Origin: the human T2T-CHM13v2.0 reference genome, Homo sapiens
Length of the DNA: 64,000 bases
Direction: 5' to 3' (one strand)
Assembly: GCF_009914755.1 (NCBI RefSeq)
Contig: NC_060940.1
Below, piece by piece: positions 1-13,400 of this stretch. A program made the position numbers and the translations under genes. The notes under the pieces were generated by a model. That model saw only the letters and a list, made by a program, of their open reading frames with translations, made no database searches and was not told the origin of the DNA. Numbering within the stretch: the stretch's first letter is position 1; each line of letters starts with the position of its first letter.

Positions 1-38
1 GTAAAGTCTGCAAGTGGATATTCAGACCTCTTTGAGGC

Positions 39-55
39 CTTCGTTGGAAACGGGA
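39..55 (+). promoter_or_regulatory. CENP-B box (dimer 1), repeated every 1,699 bp
   Basis: cttcgttggaaacggga matches the canonical YTTCGTTGGAARCGGGA box. Confidence 0.97.
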
Positions 56-207
56 TTTCTTCATATTATGCTAGACAGATGAATTCTCAGTAACTTCCTT
101 GTGTTGTGTGTATTCAACTCACAGAGTTGAACGATCCTTTACACAGAGCAGATTTGAAACACTGTTTTTCTGGAATTTGCAAGTGGAGATTTCAGCCGCT
201 TTGAGGT

Positions 208-224
208 CAATGGTAGAAAAGGAA
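208..224 (+). promoter_or_regulatory. A-box / pJalpha-like motif of the A-type monomer (alternates with the CENP-B box)
   Basis: caatggtagaaaaggaa sits at the position homologous to the CENP-B box, 169 bp downstream of it. It resembles the pJalpha motif (CTAYGGTGRAAAAGGAA) with mismatches. Variants occur in the other four A monomers. Confidence 0.6.
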
Positions 225-378
225 ATATCTTCGTATAAAAACTAGACAGAATGATTCTCAGAAACTCCTTTGTGATGTGTGCGTTCAACTCACAGAGTTT
301 AACCTTTCTTTTCACAGAGCAGTTAGGAAACACTCTGTTTGTGAAGCCTGCCAGTGGATATTCGGACCTCTTTGAGGC

Positions 379-395
379 CTTCGTTGGAAACGGGA
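379..395 (+). promoter_or_regulatory. CENP-B box (dimer 2), repeated every 1,699 bp
   Basis: cttcgttggaaacggga, canonical. Confidence 0.97.
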
Positions 396-718
396 TTTCT
401 TCATATTATGCTAGACAGAAGATTTCTCAGTAACTTCTTTGTGTTGTGTGTATGCAACTCACAGAGTTCAACCTTCCTTTAGACAGAGCAGATTTGAAAC
501 ACTCTTTTTGTGGAATTTGCAAGTGGAGATTTCAAGCGCTTCGATGCCAATGGTAGAAAAGGAAATATCTTCGTATAAAAACAAGACAAACTCGTTCCCA
601 GACACTGCGTAGTGATGTGTGTGTTTAACTCACAGAGTTTCACCTTTCTTTTCATACAGCATTCTGGAAACCCTGTGTTTGTAAAGTCTGCAAGTGGATA
701 TTTGGACCTCTTAGATGC

Positions 719-735
719 CTTCGTTGGAAACGGGA
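719..735 (+). promoter_or_regulatory. CENP-B box (dimer 3), repeated every 1,699 bp
   Basis: cttcgttggaaacggga, canonical. Confidence 0.97.
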
Positions 736-1058
736 TTTCTTCATATAATGCTAGAGGGAAGAATTCTTAGTAACTTCTTTGTGTTGTGTGTATTCAACTG
801 ACAGAGTTGAACCTTCCTTTAGACAGAGCAGATTTGAAAGTCTCTTTTTGTGGAATTTGCAAGTGGAGATTTCAAGCGCTTTGAGGCCAAAAGCAGAAAA
901 GGAAATATTTTCCTATAAAAACTAGACAGAATCTTTCTCAGAAACTGCTCTGGGATGTGTGCGTTCAACTCACAGAGTTTAACTTTTCTTTTCATTCAGC
1001 AGTTTGGAAACACTCTGTTTGGAAAGTCTGCACGTGGATATTTTGACCTCTTTGAGGC

Positions 1059-1075
1059 CTTCGTTGGAAACGGGT
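1059..1075 (+). promoter_or_regulatory. CENP-B box (dimer 4), repeated every 1,699 bp
   Basis: cttcgttggaaacgggt retains all nine core bases (TTCG....A..CGGG). The terminal A>T is at a non-essential position. Confidence 0.93.
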
Positions 1076-1398
1076 TTTTTTCATGTAAGGCTAGACAGAA
1101 GAAATCTCAGTAACTTCCTTGTGTTGTGTGTATTCAACTGACAGAGTTGAACCTTCCTTTAGACAGAGCAGATTCGAAACACTCTTTTTCTGCAATTTGC
1201 AAGTGGAGACTTCAAGCGCTTTGAGGCCAAAGGCAGAAAAGGAAATATCTTCGTATAAAAACCCGACAGAATCATTCTCAGAAACTGCTCTGTGATGTGT
1301 GCGTTCAACTCACAGAGTTTAACTTTTCTTTTCATTCAGCAGTTTGGAAACACTCTGTTTGTAAAGTCTGCAAGTGGATATCTTGGCCTCTTAGAGGC

Positions 1399-1415
1399 CT
1401 TCGTTGGAAACGGGT
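1399..1415 (+). promoter_or_regulatory. CENP-B box (dimer 5), repeated every 1,699 bp; polymorphic aaac/aagc
   Basis: cttcgttggaaacgggt retains the nine core bases. Ten copies (e.g. 11593-11609) read cttcgttggaagcgggt, still matching the R position of the consensus. Confidence 0.93.
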
Positions 1416-4400
1416 TTTTTCATGTAAGGTTAGACAGAGGAATTCCCACTAACTTCCTTGTGTTGTGTGCATTCAACTCACAGAGTTGAATGATTCTTTA
1501 CACAGAGCAGATTTGAGACACTCTTTTGGTGGAATTTGTAAGTGGAGAATTCAGCCGCTTTGATGTCAACGGTAGAAAAGGAAATATCTTCGTATAAAAA
1601 CTAGACAGAATGATTCTCAGAAACTGTTTTGTGATGTGTGCTTTCAACTCACAGAGTTTAACCTTTCTTTTCAAAGAGCAGTTAGGAAACACTCTGTTTG
1701 TAAAGTCTGCAAGTGGATATTCAGACCTCTTTGAGGCCTTCGTTGGAAACGGGATTTCTTCATATTATGCTAGACAGATGAATTCTCAGTAACTTCCTTG
1801 TGTTGTGTGTATTCAACTCACAGAGTTGAACGATCCTTTACACAGAGCAGATTTGAAACACTGTTTTTCTGGAATTTGCAAGTGGAGATTTCAGCCGCTT
1901 TGAGGTCAATGGTAGAAAAGGAAATATCTTCGTATAAAAACTAGACAGAATGATTCTCAGAAACTCCTTTGTGATGTGTGCGTTCAACTCACAGGGTTTA
2001 ACCTTTCTTTTCACAGAGCAGTTAGGAAACACTCTGTTTGTGAAGCCTGCCAGTGGATATTCGGACCTCTTTGAGGCCTTCGTTGGAAACGGGATTTCTT
2101 CATATTATGCTAGACAGAAGATTTCTCAGTAACTTCTTTGTGTTGTGTGTATGCAACTCACAGAGTTCAACCTTCCTTTAGACAGAGCAGATTTTAAACA
2201 CTCTTTTTGTGGAATTTGCAAGTGGAGATTTCAAGCGCTTCGATGCCAATGGTAGAAAAGGAAATATCTTCGTATAAAAACAAGACAAACTCGTTCCCAG
2301 ACACTGCGTAGTGATGTGTGTGTTTAACTGACAGAGTTTAACCTTTCTTTTCATACAGCATTCTGGAAACCCTGTGTTTGTAAAGTCTGCAAGTGGATAT
2401 TTGGACCTCTTAGATGCCTTCGTTGGAAACGGGATTTCTTCATATAATGCTAGAGGGAAGAATTCTTAGTAACTTCTTTGTGTTGTGTGTATTCAACTGA
2501 CAGAGTTGAACCTTCCTTTAGACAGAGCAGATTTGAAAGTCTCTTTTTGTGGAATTTGCAAGTGGAGATTTCAAGCGCTTTGAGGCCAAAAGCAGAAAAG
2601 GAAATATTTTCCTATAAAAACTCGACAGAATCTTTCTCAGAAACTGCTCTGGGATGTGTGCGTTCAACTCACAGAGTTTAACTTTTCTTTTCATTCAGCA
2701 GTTTGGAAACACTCTGTTTGGAAAGTCTGCACGTGGATATTTTGACCTCTTTGAGGCCTTCGTTGGAAACGGGTTTTTTTCATGTAAGGCTAGACAGAAG
2801 AAATCTCAGTAACTTCCTTGTGTTGTGTGTATTCAACTGACAGAGTTGAACCTTCCTTTAGACAGAGCAGATTCGAAACACTCTTTTTCTGCAATTTGCA
2901 AGTGGAGACTTCAAGCGCTTTGAGGCCAAAGGCAGAAAAGGAAATATCTTCGTATAAAAACCCGACAGAATCATTCTCAGAAACTGCTCTGTGATGTGTG
3001 CGTTCAACTCACAGAGTTTAACTTTTCTTTTCATTCAGCAGTTTGGAAACACTCTGTTTGTAAAGTCTGCAAGTGGATATCTTGGCCTCTTAGAGGCCTT
3101 CGTTGGAAACGGGTTTTTTCATGTAAGGTTAGACAGAGGAATTCCCAGTAACTTCCTTGTGTTGTGTGCATTCAACTCACAGAGTTGAATGATTCTTTAC
3201 ACAGAGCAGTTTTGAGACACTCTTTTGGTGGAATTTGTAAGTGGAGAATTCAGCCGCTTTGAGGTCAACGGTAGAAAAGGAAATATCTTCGTATAAAAAC
3301 TAGACAGAATGATTCTCAGAAACTGTTTTGTGATGTGTGCGTTCAACTCACAGAGTTTAACCTTTCTTTTCAAAGAGCAGTTAGGAAACACTCTGTTTGT
3401 AAAGTCTGCAAGTGGATATTCAGACCTCTTTGAGGCCTTCGTTGGAAACGGGATTTCTTCATATTATGCTAGACAGATGAATTCTCAGTAACTTCCTTGT
3501 GTTGTGTGTATTCAACTCACAGAGTTGAACGATCCTTTACACAGAGCAGATTTGAAACACTGTTTTTCTGGAATTTGCAAGTGGAGATTTCAGCCGCTTT
3601 GAGGTCAATGGTAGAAAAGGAAATATCTTCGTATAAAAACTAGACAGAATGATTCTCAGAAACTCCTTTGTGATGTGTGCGTTCAACTCACAGGGTTTAA
3701 CCTTTCTTTTCACAGAGCAGTTAGGAAACACTCTGTTTGTGAAGCCTGCCAGTGGATATTCGGACCTCTTTGAGGCCTTCGTTGGAAACGGGATTTCTTC
3801 ATATTATGCTAGACAGAAGATTTCTCAGTAACTTCTTTGTGTTGTGTGTATGCAACTCACAGAGTTCAACCTTCCTTTAGACAGAGCAGATTTGAAACAC
3901 TCTTTTTGTGGAATTTGCAAGTGGAGATTTCAAGCGCTTCGATGCCAATGGTAGAAAAGGAAATATCTTCGTATAAAAACAAGACAAACTCGTTCCCAGA
4001 CACTGCGTAGTGATGTGTGTGTTTAACTCACAGAGTTTAACCTTTCTTTTCATACAGCGTTCTGGAAACCCTGTGTTTGTAAAGTCTGCAAGTGGATATT
4101 TGGACCTCTTAGATGCCTTCGTTGGAAACGGGATTTCTTCATATAATGCTAGAGGGAAGAATTCTTAGTAACTTCTTTTTGTTGTGTGTATTCAACTGAC
4201 AGAGTTGAACCTTCCTTTAGACAGAGCAGATTTGAAAGTCTCTTTTTGTGGAATTTGCAAGTGGAGATTTCAAGCGCTTTGAGGCCAAAAGCAGAAAAGG
4301 AAATATTTTCCTATAAAAACTCGACAGAATCTTTCTCAGAAACTGCTCTGGGATGTGTGCGTTCAACTCACAGAGTTTAACTTTTCTTTTCATTCAGCAG

Positions 4401-7400
4401 TTTGGAAACACTCTGTTTGGAAAGTCTGCACGTGGATATTTTGACCTCTTTGAGGCCTTCGTTGGAAACGGGTTTTTTTCATGTAAGGCTAGACAGAAGA
4501 AATCTCAGTAACTTCCTTGTGTTGTGTGTATTCAACTGACAGAGTTGAACCTTCCTTTAGACAGAGCAGATTCGAAACACTCTTTTTCTGCAATTTGCAA
4601 GTGGAGACTTCAAGCGCTTTGAGGCCAAAGGCAGAAAAGGAAATATCTTCGTATAAAAACCCGACAGAATCATTCTCAGAAACTGCTCTGTGATGTGTGC
4701 GTTCAACTCACAGAGTTTAACTTTTCTTTTCATTCAGCAGTTTGGAAACACTCTGTTTGTAAAGTCTGCAAGTGGATATCTTGGCCTCTTAGAGGCCTTC
4801 GTTGGAAACGGGTTTTTTCATGTAAGGATAGACAGAGGAATTCCCAGTAACTTCCTTGTGTTGTGTGCATTCAACTCACAGAGTTGAATGATTCTTTACA
4901 CAGAGCAGTTTTGAGACACTCTTTTGGTGGAATTTGTAAGTGGAGAATTCAGCCGCTTTGAGGTCAACGGTAGAAAAGGAAATATCTTCGTATAAAAACT
5001 AGACAGAATGATTCTCAGAAACTGTTTTGTGATGTGTGCGTTCAACTCACAGAGTTTAACCTTTCTTTTCAAAGAGCAGTTAGGAAACACTCTGTTTGTA
5101 AAGTCTGCAAGAGGATATTCAGACCTCTTTGAGGCCTTCGTTGGAAACGGGATTTCTTCATATTATGCTAGACAGATGAATTCTCAGTAACTTCCTTGTG
5201 TTGTGTGTATTCAACTCACAGAGTTGAACGATCCTTTACACAGAGCAGATTTGAAACACTGTTTTTCTGGAATTTGCAAGTGGAGATTTCAGCCGCTTTG
5301 AGGTCAATGGTAGAAAAGGAAATATCTTCGTATAAAAACTAGACAGAATGATTCTCAGAAACTCCTTTGTGATGTGTGCGTTCAACTCACAGAGTTTAAC
5401 CTTTCTTTTCACAGAGCAGTTAGGAAACACTCTGTTTGTGAAGCCTGCCAGTGGATATTCGGACCTCTTTGAGGCCTTCGTTGGAAACGGGATTTCTTCA
5501 TATTATGCTATTCAGAAGATTTCTCAGTAACTTCTTTGTGTTGTGTGTATGCAACTCACAGAGTTCAACCTTCCTTTAGACAGAGCAGATTTGAAACACT
5601 CTTTTTGTGGAATTTGCAAGTGGAGATTTCAAGCGCTTCGATGCCAATGGTAGAAAAGGAAATATCTTCGTATAAAAACAAGACAAACTCGTTCCCAGAC
5701 ACTGCGTAGTGATGTGTGTGTTTAACTCACAGAGTTTAACCTTTCTTTTCATACAGCATTCTGGAAACCCTGTGTTTGTAAAGTCTGCAAGTGGATATTT
5801 GGACCTCTTAGATGCCTTCGTTGGAAACGGGATTTCTTCAAATAATGCTAGAGGGAAGAATTCTTAGTAACTTCTTTGTGTTGTGTGTATTCAACTGACA
5901 GAGTTGAACCTTCCTTTAGACAGAGCAGATTTGAAAGTCTCTTTTTGTGGAATTTGCAAGTGGAGATTTCAAGCGCTTTGAGGCCAAAAGCAGAAAAGGA
6001 AATATTTTCCTATAAAAACTCGACAGAATCTTTCTCAGAAACTGCTCTGGGATGTGTGCGTTCAACTCACAGAGTTTAACTTTTCTTTTCATTCAGCAGT
6101 TTGGAAACACTCTGTTTGGAAAGTCTGCACGTGGATATTTTGACCTCTTTGAGGCCTTCGTTGGAAACGGGTTTTTTTCATGTAAGGCTAGACAGAAGAA
6201 ATCTCAGTAACTTCCTTGTGTTGTGTGTATTCAACTGACAGAGTTGAACCTTCCTTTAGACAGAGCAGATTCGAAACACTCTTTTTCTGCAATTTGCAAG
6301 TGGAGACTTCAAGCGCTTTGAGGCCAAAGGCAGAAAAGGAAATATCTTCGTATAAAAACCCGACAGAATCATTCTCAGAAACTGCTCTGTGATGTGTGCG
6401 TTCAACTCACAGAGTTTAACTTTTCTTTTCATTCAGCAGTTTGGAAACACTCTGTTTGTAAAGTCTGCAAGTGGATATCTTGGCCTCTTAGAGGCCTTCG
6501 TTGGAAACGGGTTTTTTCATGTAAGGATAGACAGAGGAATTCCCAGTAACTTCCTTGTGTTGTGTGCATTCAACTCACAGAGTTGAATGATTCTTTACAC
6601 AGAGCAGATTTGAGACACTCTTTTGGTGGAATTTGTAAGTGGAGAATTCAGCCGCTTTGAGGTCAACGGTAGAAAAGGAAATATCTTCGTATAAAAACTA
6701 GACAGAATGATTCTCAGAAACTGTTTTGTGATGTGTGCGTTCAACTCACAGAGTTTAACCTTTCTTTTCAAAGAGCAGTTAGGAAACACTCTGTTTGTAA
6801 AGTCTGCAAGTGGATATTCAGACCTCTTTGAGGCCTTCGTTGGAAACGGGATTTCTTCATATTATGCTAGACAGATGAATTCTCAGTAACTTCCTTGTGT
6901 TGTGTGTATTCAACTCACAGAGTTGAACGATCCTTTACACAGAGCAGATTTGAAACACTGTTTTTCTGGAATTTGCAAGTGGAGATTTCAGCCGCTTTGA
7001 GGTCAATGGTAGAAAAGGAAATATCTTCGTATAAAAACTAGACAGAATGATTCTCAGAAACTCCTTTGTGATGTGTGCGTTCAACTCACAGAGTTTAACC
7101 TTTCTTTTCACAGAGCAGTTAGGAAACACTCTGTTTGTGAAGCCTGCCAGTGGATATTCGGACCTCTTTGAGGCCTTCGTTGGAAACGGGATTTCTTCAT
7201 ATTATGCTAGACAGAAGATTTCTCAGTAACTTCTTTGTGTTGTGTGTATGCAACTCACAGAGTTCAACCTTCCTTTAGACAGAGCAGATTTGAAACACTC
7301 TTTTTGTGGAATTTGCAAGTGGAGATTTCAAGCGCTTCGATGCCAATGGTAGAAAAGGAAATATCTTCGTATAAAAACAAGACAAACTCGTTCCCAGACA

Positions 7401-10400
7401 CTGCGTAGTGATGTGTGTGTTTAACTCACAGAGTTTAACCTTTCTTTTCATACAGCATTCTGGAAACCCTCTGTTTGTAAAGTCTGCAAGTGGATATTTG
7501 GACCTCTTAGATGCCTTCGTTGGAAACGGGATTTCTTCATATAATGCTAGAGGGAAGAATTCTTAGTAACTTCTTTGTGTTGTGTGTATTCAACTGACAG
7601 AGTTGAACCTTCCTTTAGACAGAGCAGATTTGAAAGTCTCTTTTTGTGGAATTTGCAAGTGGAGATTTCAAGCGCTTTGAGGCCAAAAGCAGAAAAGGAA
7701 ATATTTTCCTATAAAAACTCGACAGAATCTTTCTCAGAAACTGCTCTGTGATGTGTGCGTTCAACTCACAGAGTTTAACTTTTCTTTTCATTCAGCAGTT
7801 TGGAAACACTCTGTTTGGAAAGTCTGCACGTGGATATTTTGACCTCTTTGAGGCCTTCGTTGGAAACGGGTTTTTTTCATGTAAGGCTAGACAGAAGAAA
7901 TCTCAGTAACTTCCTTGTGTTGTGTGTATTCAACTGACAGAGTTGAACCTTCCTTTAGACAGAGCAGATTCGAAACACTCTTTTTCTGCAATTTGCAAGT
8001 GGAGACTTCAAGCGCTTTGAGGCCAAAGGCAGAAAAGGAAATATCTTCGTATAAAAACCCGACAGAATCATTCTCAGAAACTGCTCTGTGATGTGTGCGT
8101 TCAACTCACAGAGTTTAACTTTTCTTTTCATTCAGCAGTTTGGAAACACTCTGTTTGTAAAGTCTGCAAGTGGATATCTTGGCCTCTTAGAGGCCTTCGT
8201 TGGAAACGGGTTTTTTCATGTAAGGTTAGACAGAGGAATTCCCAGTAACTTCCTTGTGTTGTGTGCATTCAACTCACAGAGTTGAATGATTCTTTACACA
8301 GAGCAGATTTGAGACACTCTTTTGGTGGAATTTGTAAGTGGAGAATTCAGCCGCTTTGAGGTCAACGGTAGAAAAGGAAATATCTTCGTATAAAAACTAG
8401 ACAGAATGATTCTCAGAAACTGTTTTGTGATGTGTGCGTTCAACTCACAGAGTTTAACCTTTCTTTTCAAAGAGCAGTTAGGAATCACTCTGTTTGTAAA
8501 GTCTGCAAGTGGATATTCAGACCTCTTTGAGGCCTTCGTTGGAAACGGGATTTCTTCATATTATGCTAGACAGATGAATTCTCAGTAACTTCCTTGTGTT
8601 GTGTGTATTCAACTCACAGAGTTGAACGATCCTTTACACAGAGCAGATTTGAAACACTGTTTTTCTGGAATTTGCAAGTGGAGATTTCAGCCGCTTTGAG
8701 GTCAATGGTAGAAAAGGAAATATCTTCATATAAAAACTAGACAGAATGATTCTCAGAAACTCCTTTGTGATGTGTGCGTTCAACTCACAGAGTTTAACCT
8801 TTCTTTTCACAGAGCAGTTAGGAAACACTCTGTTTGTGAAGCCTGCCAGTGGATATTCGGACCTCTTTGAGGCCTTCGTTGGAAACGGGATTTCTTCATA
8901 TTATGCTAGACAGAAGATTTCTCAGTAACTTCTTTGTGTTGTGTGTATGCAACTCACAGAGTTCAACCTTCCTTTAGACAGAGCAGATTTGAAACACTCT
9001 TTTTGTGGAATTTGCAAGTGGAGATTTCAAGCGCTTCGATGCCAATGGTAGAAAAGGAAATATCTTCGTATAAAAACAAGACAAACTCGTTCCCAGACAC
9101 TGCGTAGTGATGTGTGTGTTTAACTCACAGAGTTTCACCTTTCTTTTCATACAGCATTCTGGAAACCGTGTGTTTGTAAAGTCTGCAAGTGGATATTTGG
9201 ACCTCTTAGATGCCTTCGTTGGAAACGGGATTTCTTCATATAATGCTAGAGGGAAGAATTCTTAGTAACTTCTTTGTGTTGTGTGTATTCAACTGACAGA
9301 GTTGAACCTTCCTTTAGACAGAGCAGATTTGAAAGTCTCTTTTTGTGGAATTTGCAAGTGGAGATTTCAAGCGCTTTGAGGCCGAAAGCAGAAAAGGAAA
9401 TATTTTCCTATAAAAACTCGACAGAATCTTTCTCAGAAACTGCTCTGGGATGTGTGCGTTCAACTCACAGAGTTTAACTTTTCTTTTCATTCAGCAGTTT
9501 GGAAACACTCTGTTTGGAAAGTCTGCACGTGGATATTTTGACCTCTTTGAGGCCTTCGTTGGAAACGGGTTTTTTTCATGTAAGGCTAGACAGAAGAAAT
9601 CTCAGTAACTTCCTTGTGTTGTGTGTATTCAACTGACAGAGTTGAACCTTCCTTTAGACAGAGCAGATTCGAAACACTCTTTTTCTGCAATTTGCAAGTG
9701 GAGACTTCAAGCGCTTTGAGGCCAAAGGCAGAAAAGGAAATATCTTCGTATAAAAACCCGACAGAATCATTCTCAGAAACTGCTCTGTGATGTGTGCGTT
9801 CAACTCACAGAGTTTAACTTTTCTTTTCATTCAGCAGTTTGGAAACACTCTGTTTGTAAAGTCTGCAAGTGGATATCTTGGCCTCTTAGAGGCCTTCGTT
9901 GGAAACGGGTTTTTTCATGTAAGGTTAGACAGAGGAATTCCCAGTAACTTCCTTGTGTTGTGTGCATTCAACTCACAGAGTTGAATGATTCTTTACACAG
10001 AGCAGATTTGAGACACTCTTTTGGTGGAATTTGTAAGTGGAGAATTCAGCCGCTTTGAGGTCAACGGTAGAAAAGGAAATATCTTCGTATAAAAACTAGA
10101 CAGAATGATTCTCAGAAACTGTTTTGTGATGTGTGCGTTCAACTCACAGAGTTTAACCTTTCTTTTCAAAGAGCAGTTAGGAAACACTCTGTTTGTAAAG
10201 TCTGCAAGTGGATATTCAGACCTCTTTGAGGCCTTCGTTGGAAACGGGATTTCTTCATATTATGCTAGACAGATGAATTCTCAGTAACTTCCTTGTGTTG
10301 TGTGTATTCAACTCACAGAGTTGAACGATCCTTTACACAGAGCAGATTTGAAACACTGTTTTTCTGGAATTTGCAAGTGGAGATTTCAGCCGCTTTGAGG

Positions 10401-13400
10401 TCAATGGTAGAAAAGGAAATATCTTCGTATAAAAACTAGACAGAATGATTCTCAGAAACTCCTTTGTGATGTGTGCGTTCAACTCACAGAGTTTAACCTT
10501 TCTTTTCACAGAGCAGTTAGGAAACACTCTGTTTGTGAAGCCTGCCAGTGGATATTCGGACCTCTTTGAGGCCTTCGTTGGAAACGGGATTTCTTCATAT
10601 TATGCTAGACAGAAGATTTCTCAGTAACTTCTTTGTGTTGTGTGTATGCAACTCACAGAGTTCAACCTTCCTTTAGACAGAGCAGATTTGAAACACTCTT
10701 TTTGTGGAATTTGCAAGTGGAGATTTCAAGCGCTTCGATGCCAATGGTAGAAAAGGAAATATCTTCGTATAAAAACAAGACAAACTCGTTCCCAGACACT
10801 GCGTAGTGATGTGTGTGTTTAACTCACAGAGTTTAACCTTTCTTTTCATACAGCATTCTGGAAACCCTGTGTTTGTAAAGTCTGCAAGTGGATATTTGGA
10901 CCTCTTAGATGCCTTCGTTGGAAACGGGATTTCTTCATATAATGCTAGAGGGAAGAATTCTTAGTAACTTCTTTGTGTTGTGTGTATTCAACTGACAGAG
11001 TTGAACCTTCCTTTAGACAGAGCAGATTTGAAAGTCTCTTTTTGTGGAATTTGCAAGTGGAGATTTCAAGCGCTTTGAGGCCAAAAGCAGAAAAGGAAAT
11101 ATTTTCCTATAAAAACTAGACAGAATCTTTCTCAGAAACTGCTCTGGGATGTGTGCGTTCAACTCACAGAGTTTAACTTTTCTTTTCATTCAGCAGTTTG
11201 GAAACACTCTGTTTGGAAAGTCTGCACGTGGATATTTTGACCTCTTTGAGGCCTTCGTTGGAAACGGGTTTTTTTCATGTAAGGCTAGACAGAAGAAATC
11301 TCAGTAACTTCCTTGTGTTGTGTGTATTCAACTGACAGAGTTGAACCTTCCTTTAGACAGAGCAGATTCGAAACACTCTTTTTCTGCAATTTGCAAGTGG
11401 AGACTTCAAGCGCTTTGAGGCCAAAGGCAGAAAAGGAAATATCTTCGTATAAAAACCCGACAGAATCATTCTCAGAAACTGCTCTGTGATGTGTGCGTTC
11501 AACTCACAGAGTTTAACTTTTCTTTTCATTCAGCAGTTTGGAAACACTCTGTTTGTAAAGTCTGCAAGTGGATATCTTGGCCTCTTAGAGGCCTTCGTTG
11601 GAAGCGGGTTTTTTCATGTAAGGTTAGACAGAGGAATTCCCACTAACTTCCTTGTGTTGTGTGCATTCAACTCACAGAGTTGAATGATTCTTTACACAGA
11701 GCAGATTTGAGACACTCTTTTGGTGGAATTTGTAAGTGGAGAATTCAGCCGCTTTGATGTCAACGGTAGAAAAGGAAATATCTTCGTATAAAAACTAGAC
11801 AGAATGATTCTCAGAAACTGTTTTGTGATGTGTGCTTTCAACTCACAGAGTTTAACCTTTCTTTTCAAAGAGCAGTTAGGAAACACTCTGTTTGTAAAGT
11901 CTGCAAGTGGATATTCAGACCTCTTTGAGGCCTTCGTTGGAAACGGGATTTCTTCATATTATGCTAGACAGATGAATTCTCAGTAACTTCCTTGTGTTGT
12001 GTGTATTCAACTCACAGAGTTGAACGATCCTTTACACAGAGCAGATTTGAAACACTGTTTTTCTGGAATTTGCAAGTGGAGATTTCAGCCGCTTTGAGGT
12101 CAATGGTAGAAAAGGAAATATCTTCGTATAAAAACTAGACAGAATGATTCTCAGAAACTCCTTTGTGATGTGTGCGTTCAACTCACAGAGTTTAACCTTT
12201 CTTTTCACAGAGCAGTTAGGAAACACTCTGTTTGTGAAGCCTGCCAGTGGATATTCGGACCTCTTTGAGGCCTTCGTTGGAAACGGGATTTCTTCATATT
12301 ATGCTAGACAGAAGATTTCTCAGTAACTTCTTTGTGTTGTGTGTATGCAACTCACAGAGTTCAACCTTCCTTTAGACAGAGCAGATTTGAAACACTCTTT
12401 TTGTGGAATTTGCAAGTGGAGATTTCAAGCGCTTCGATGCCAATGGTAGAAAAGGAAATATCTTCGTATAAAAACAAGACAAACTCGTTCCCAGACACTG
12501 CGTAGTGATGTGTGTGTTTAACTGACAGAGTTTAACCTTTCTTTTCATACAGCATTCTGGAAACCCTGTGTTTGTAAAGTCTGCACGTGGATATTTGGAC
12601 CTCTTAGATGCCTTCGTTGGAAACGGGATTTCTTCATATAATGCTAGAGGGAAGAATTCTTAGTAACTTCTTTGTGTTGTGTGTATTCAACTGACAGAGT
12701 TGAACCTTCCTTTAGACAGAGCAGATTTGAAAGTCTCTTTTTGTGGAATTTGCAAGTGGAGATTTCAAGCGCTTTGAGGCCAAAAGCAGAAAAGGAAATA
12801 TTTTCCTATAAAAACTCGACAGAATCTTTCTCAGAAACTGCTCTGGGATGTGTGCGTTCAACTCACAGAGTTTAACTTTTCTTTTCATTCAGCAGTTTGG
12901 AAACACTCTGTTTGGAAAGTCTGCACGTGGATATTTTGACCTCTTTGAGGCCTTCGTTGGAAACGGGTTTTTTTCATGTAAGGCTAGACAGAAGAAATCT
13001 CAGTAACTTCCTTGTGTTGTGTGTATTCAACTGACAGAGTTGAACCTTCCTTTAGACAGAGCAGATTCGAAACACTCTTTTTCTGCAATTTGCAAGTGGA
13101 GACTTCAAGCGCTTTGAGGCCAAAGGCAGAAAAGGAAATATCTTCGTATAAAAACCCGACAGAATCATTCTCAGAAACTGCTCTGTGATGTGTGCGTTCA
13201 ACTCACAGAGTTTAACTTTTCTTTTCATTCAGCAGTTTGGAAACACTCTGTTTGTAAAGTCTGCAAGTGGATATCTTGGCCTCTTAGAGGCCTTCGTTGG
13301 AAACGGGTTTTTTCATGTAAGGATAGACAGAGGAATTCCCAGTAACTTCCTTGTGTTGTGTGCATTCAACTCACAGAGTTGAATGATTCTTTACACAGAG

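Larger units (their letters stand above)
1..1699 (+). repeat. Representative HOR unit: five ~340-bp SF1-type (J1/J2) dimers, 340+340+340+340+339 bp
   Basis: CENP-B boxes start at 39, 379, 719, 1059, 1399 and next at 1738 (spacings 340,340,340,340,339). The 339-bp dimer has a T6 rather than T7 run after the box (1415-1420 vs 1075-1082 region). A-type boxes lie about 169 bp after each B-box. Confidence 0.96.

Noticed and set aside
100-112. (GT)n-like stretches such as tgtgttgtgtgt as microsatellites or Z-DNA
   Set aside because: They are short, interrupted, length-invariant parts of the alphoid monomer consensus.
228-245. TATA-like tataaaaa motifs and T-rich runs resembling promoters or terminators
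   Set aside because: These are ordinary alpha-satellite consensus positions in every dimer. Sequence alone gives no evidence of promoter or terminator activity, although centromeric transcription exists in general.
11593-11609. aagc variant as a possibly inactivated CENP-B box
   Set aside because: The change is at the degenerate R position of YTTCGTTGGAARCGGGA and all nine core bases are retained.
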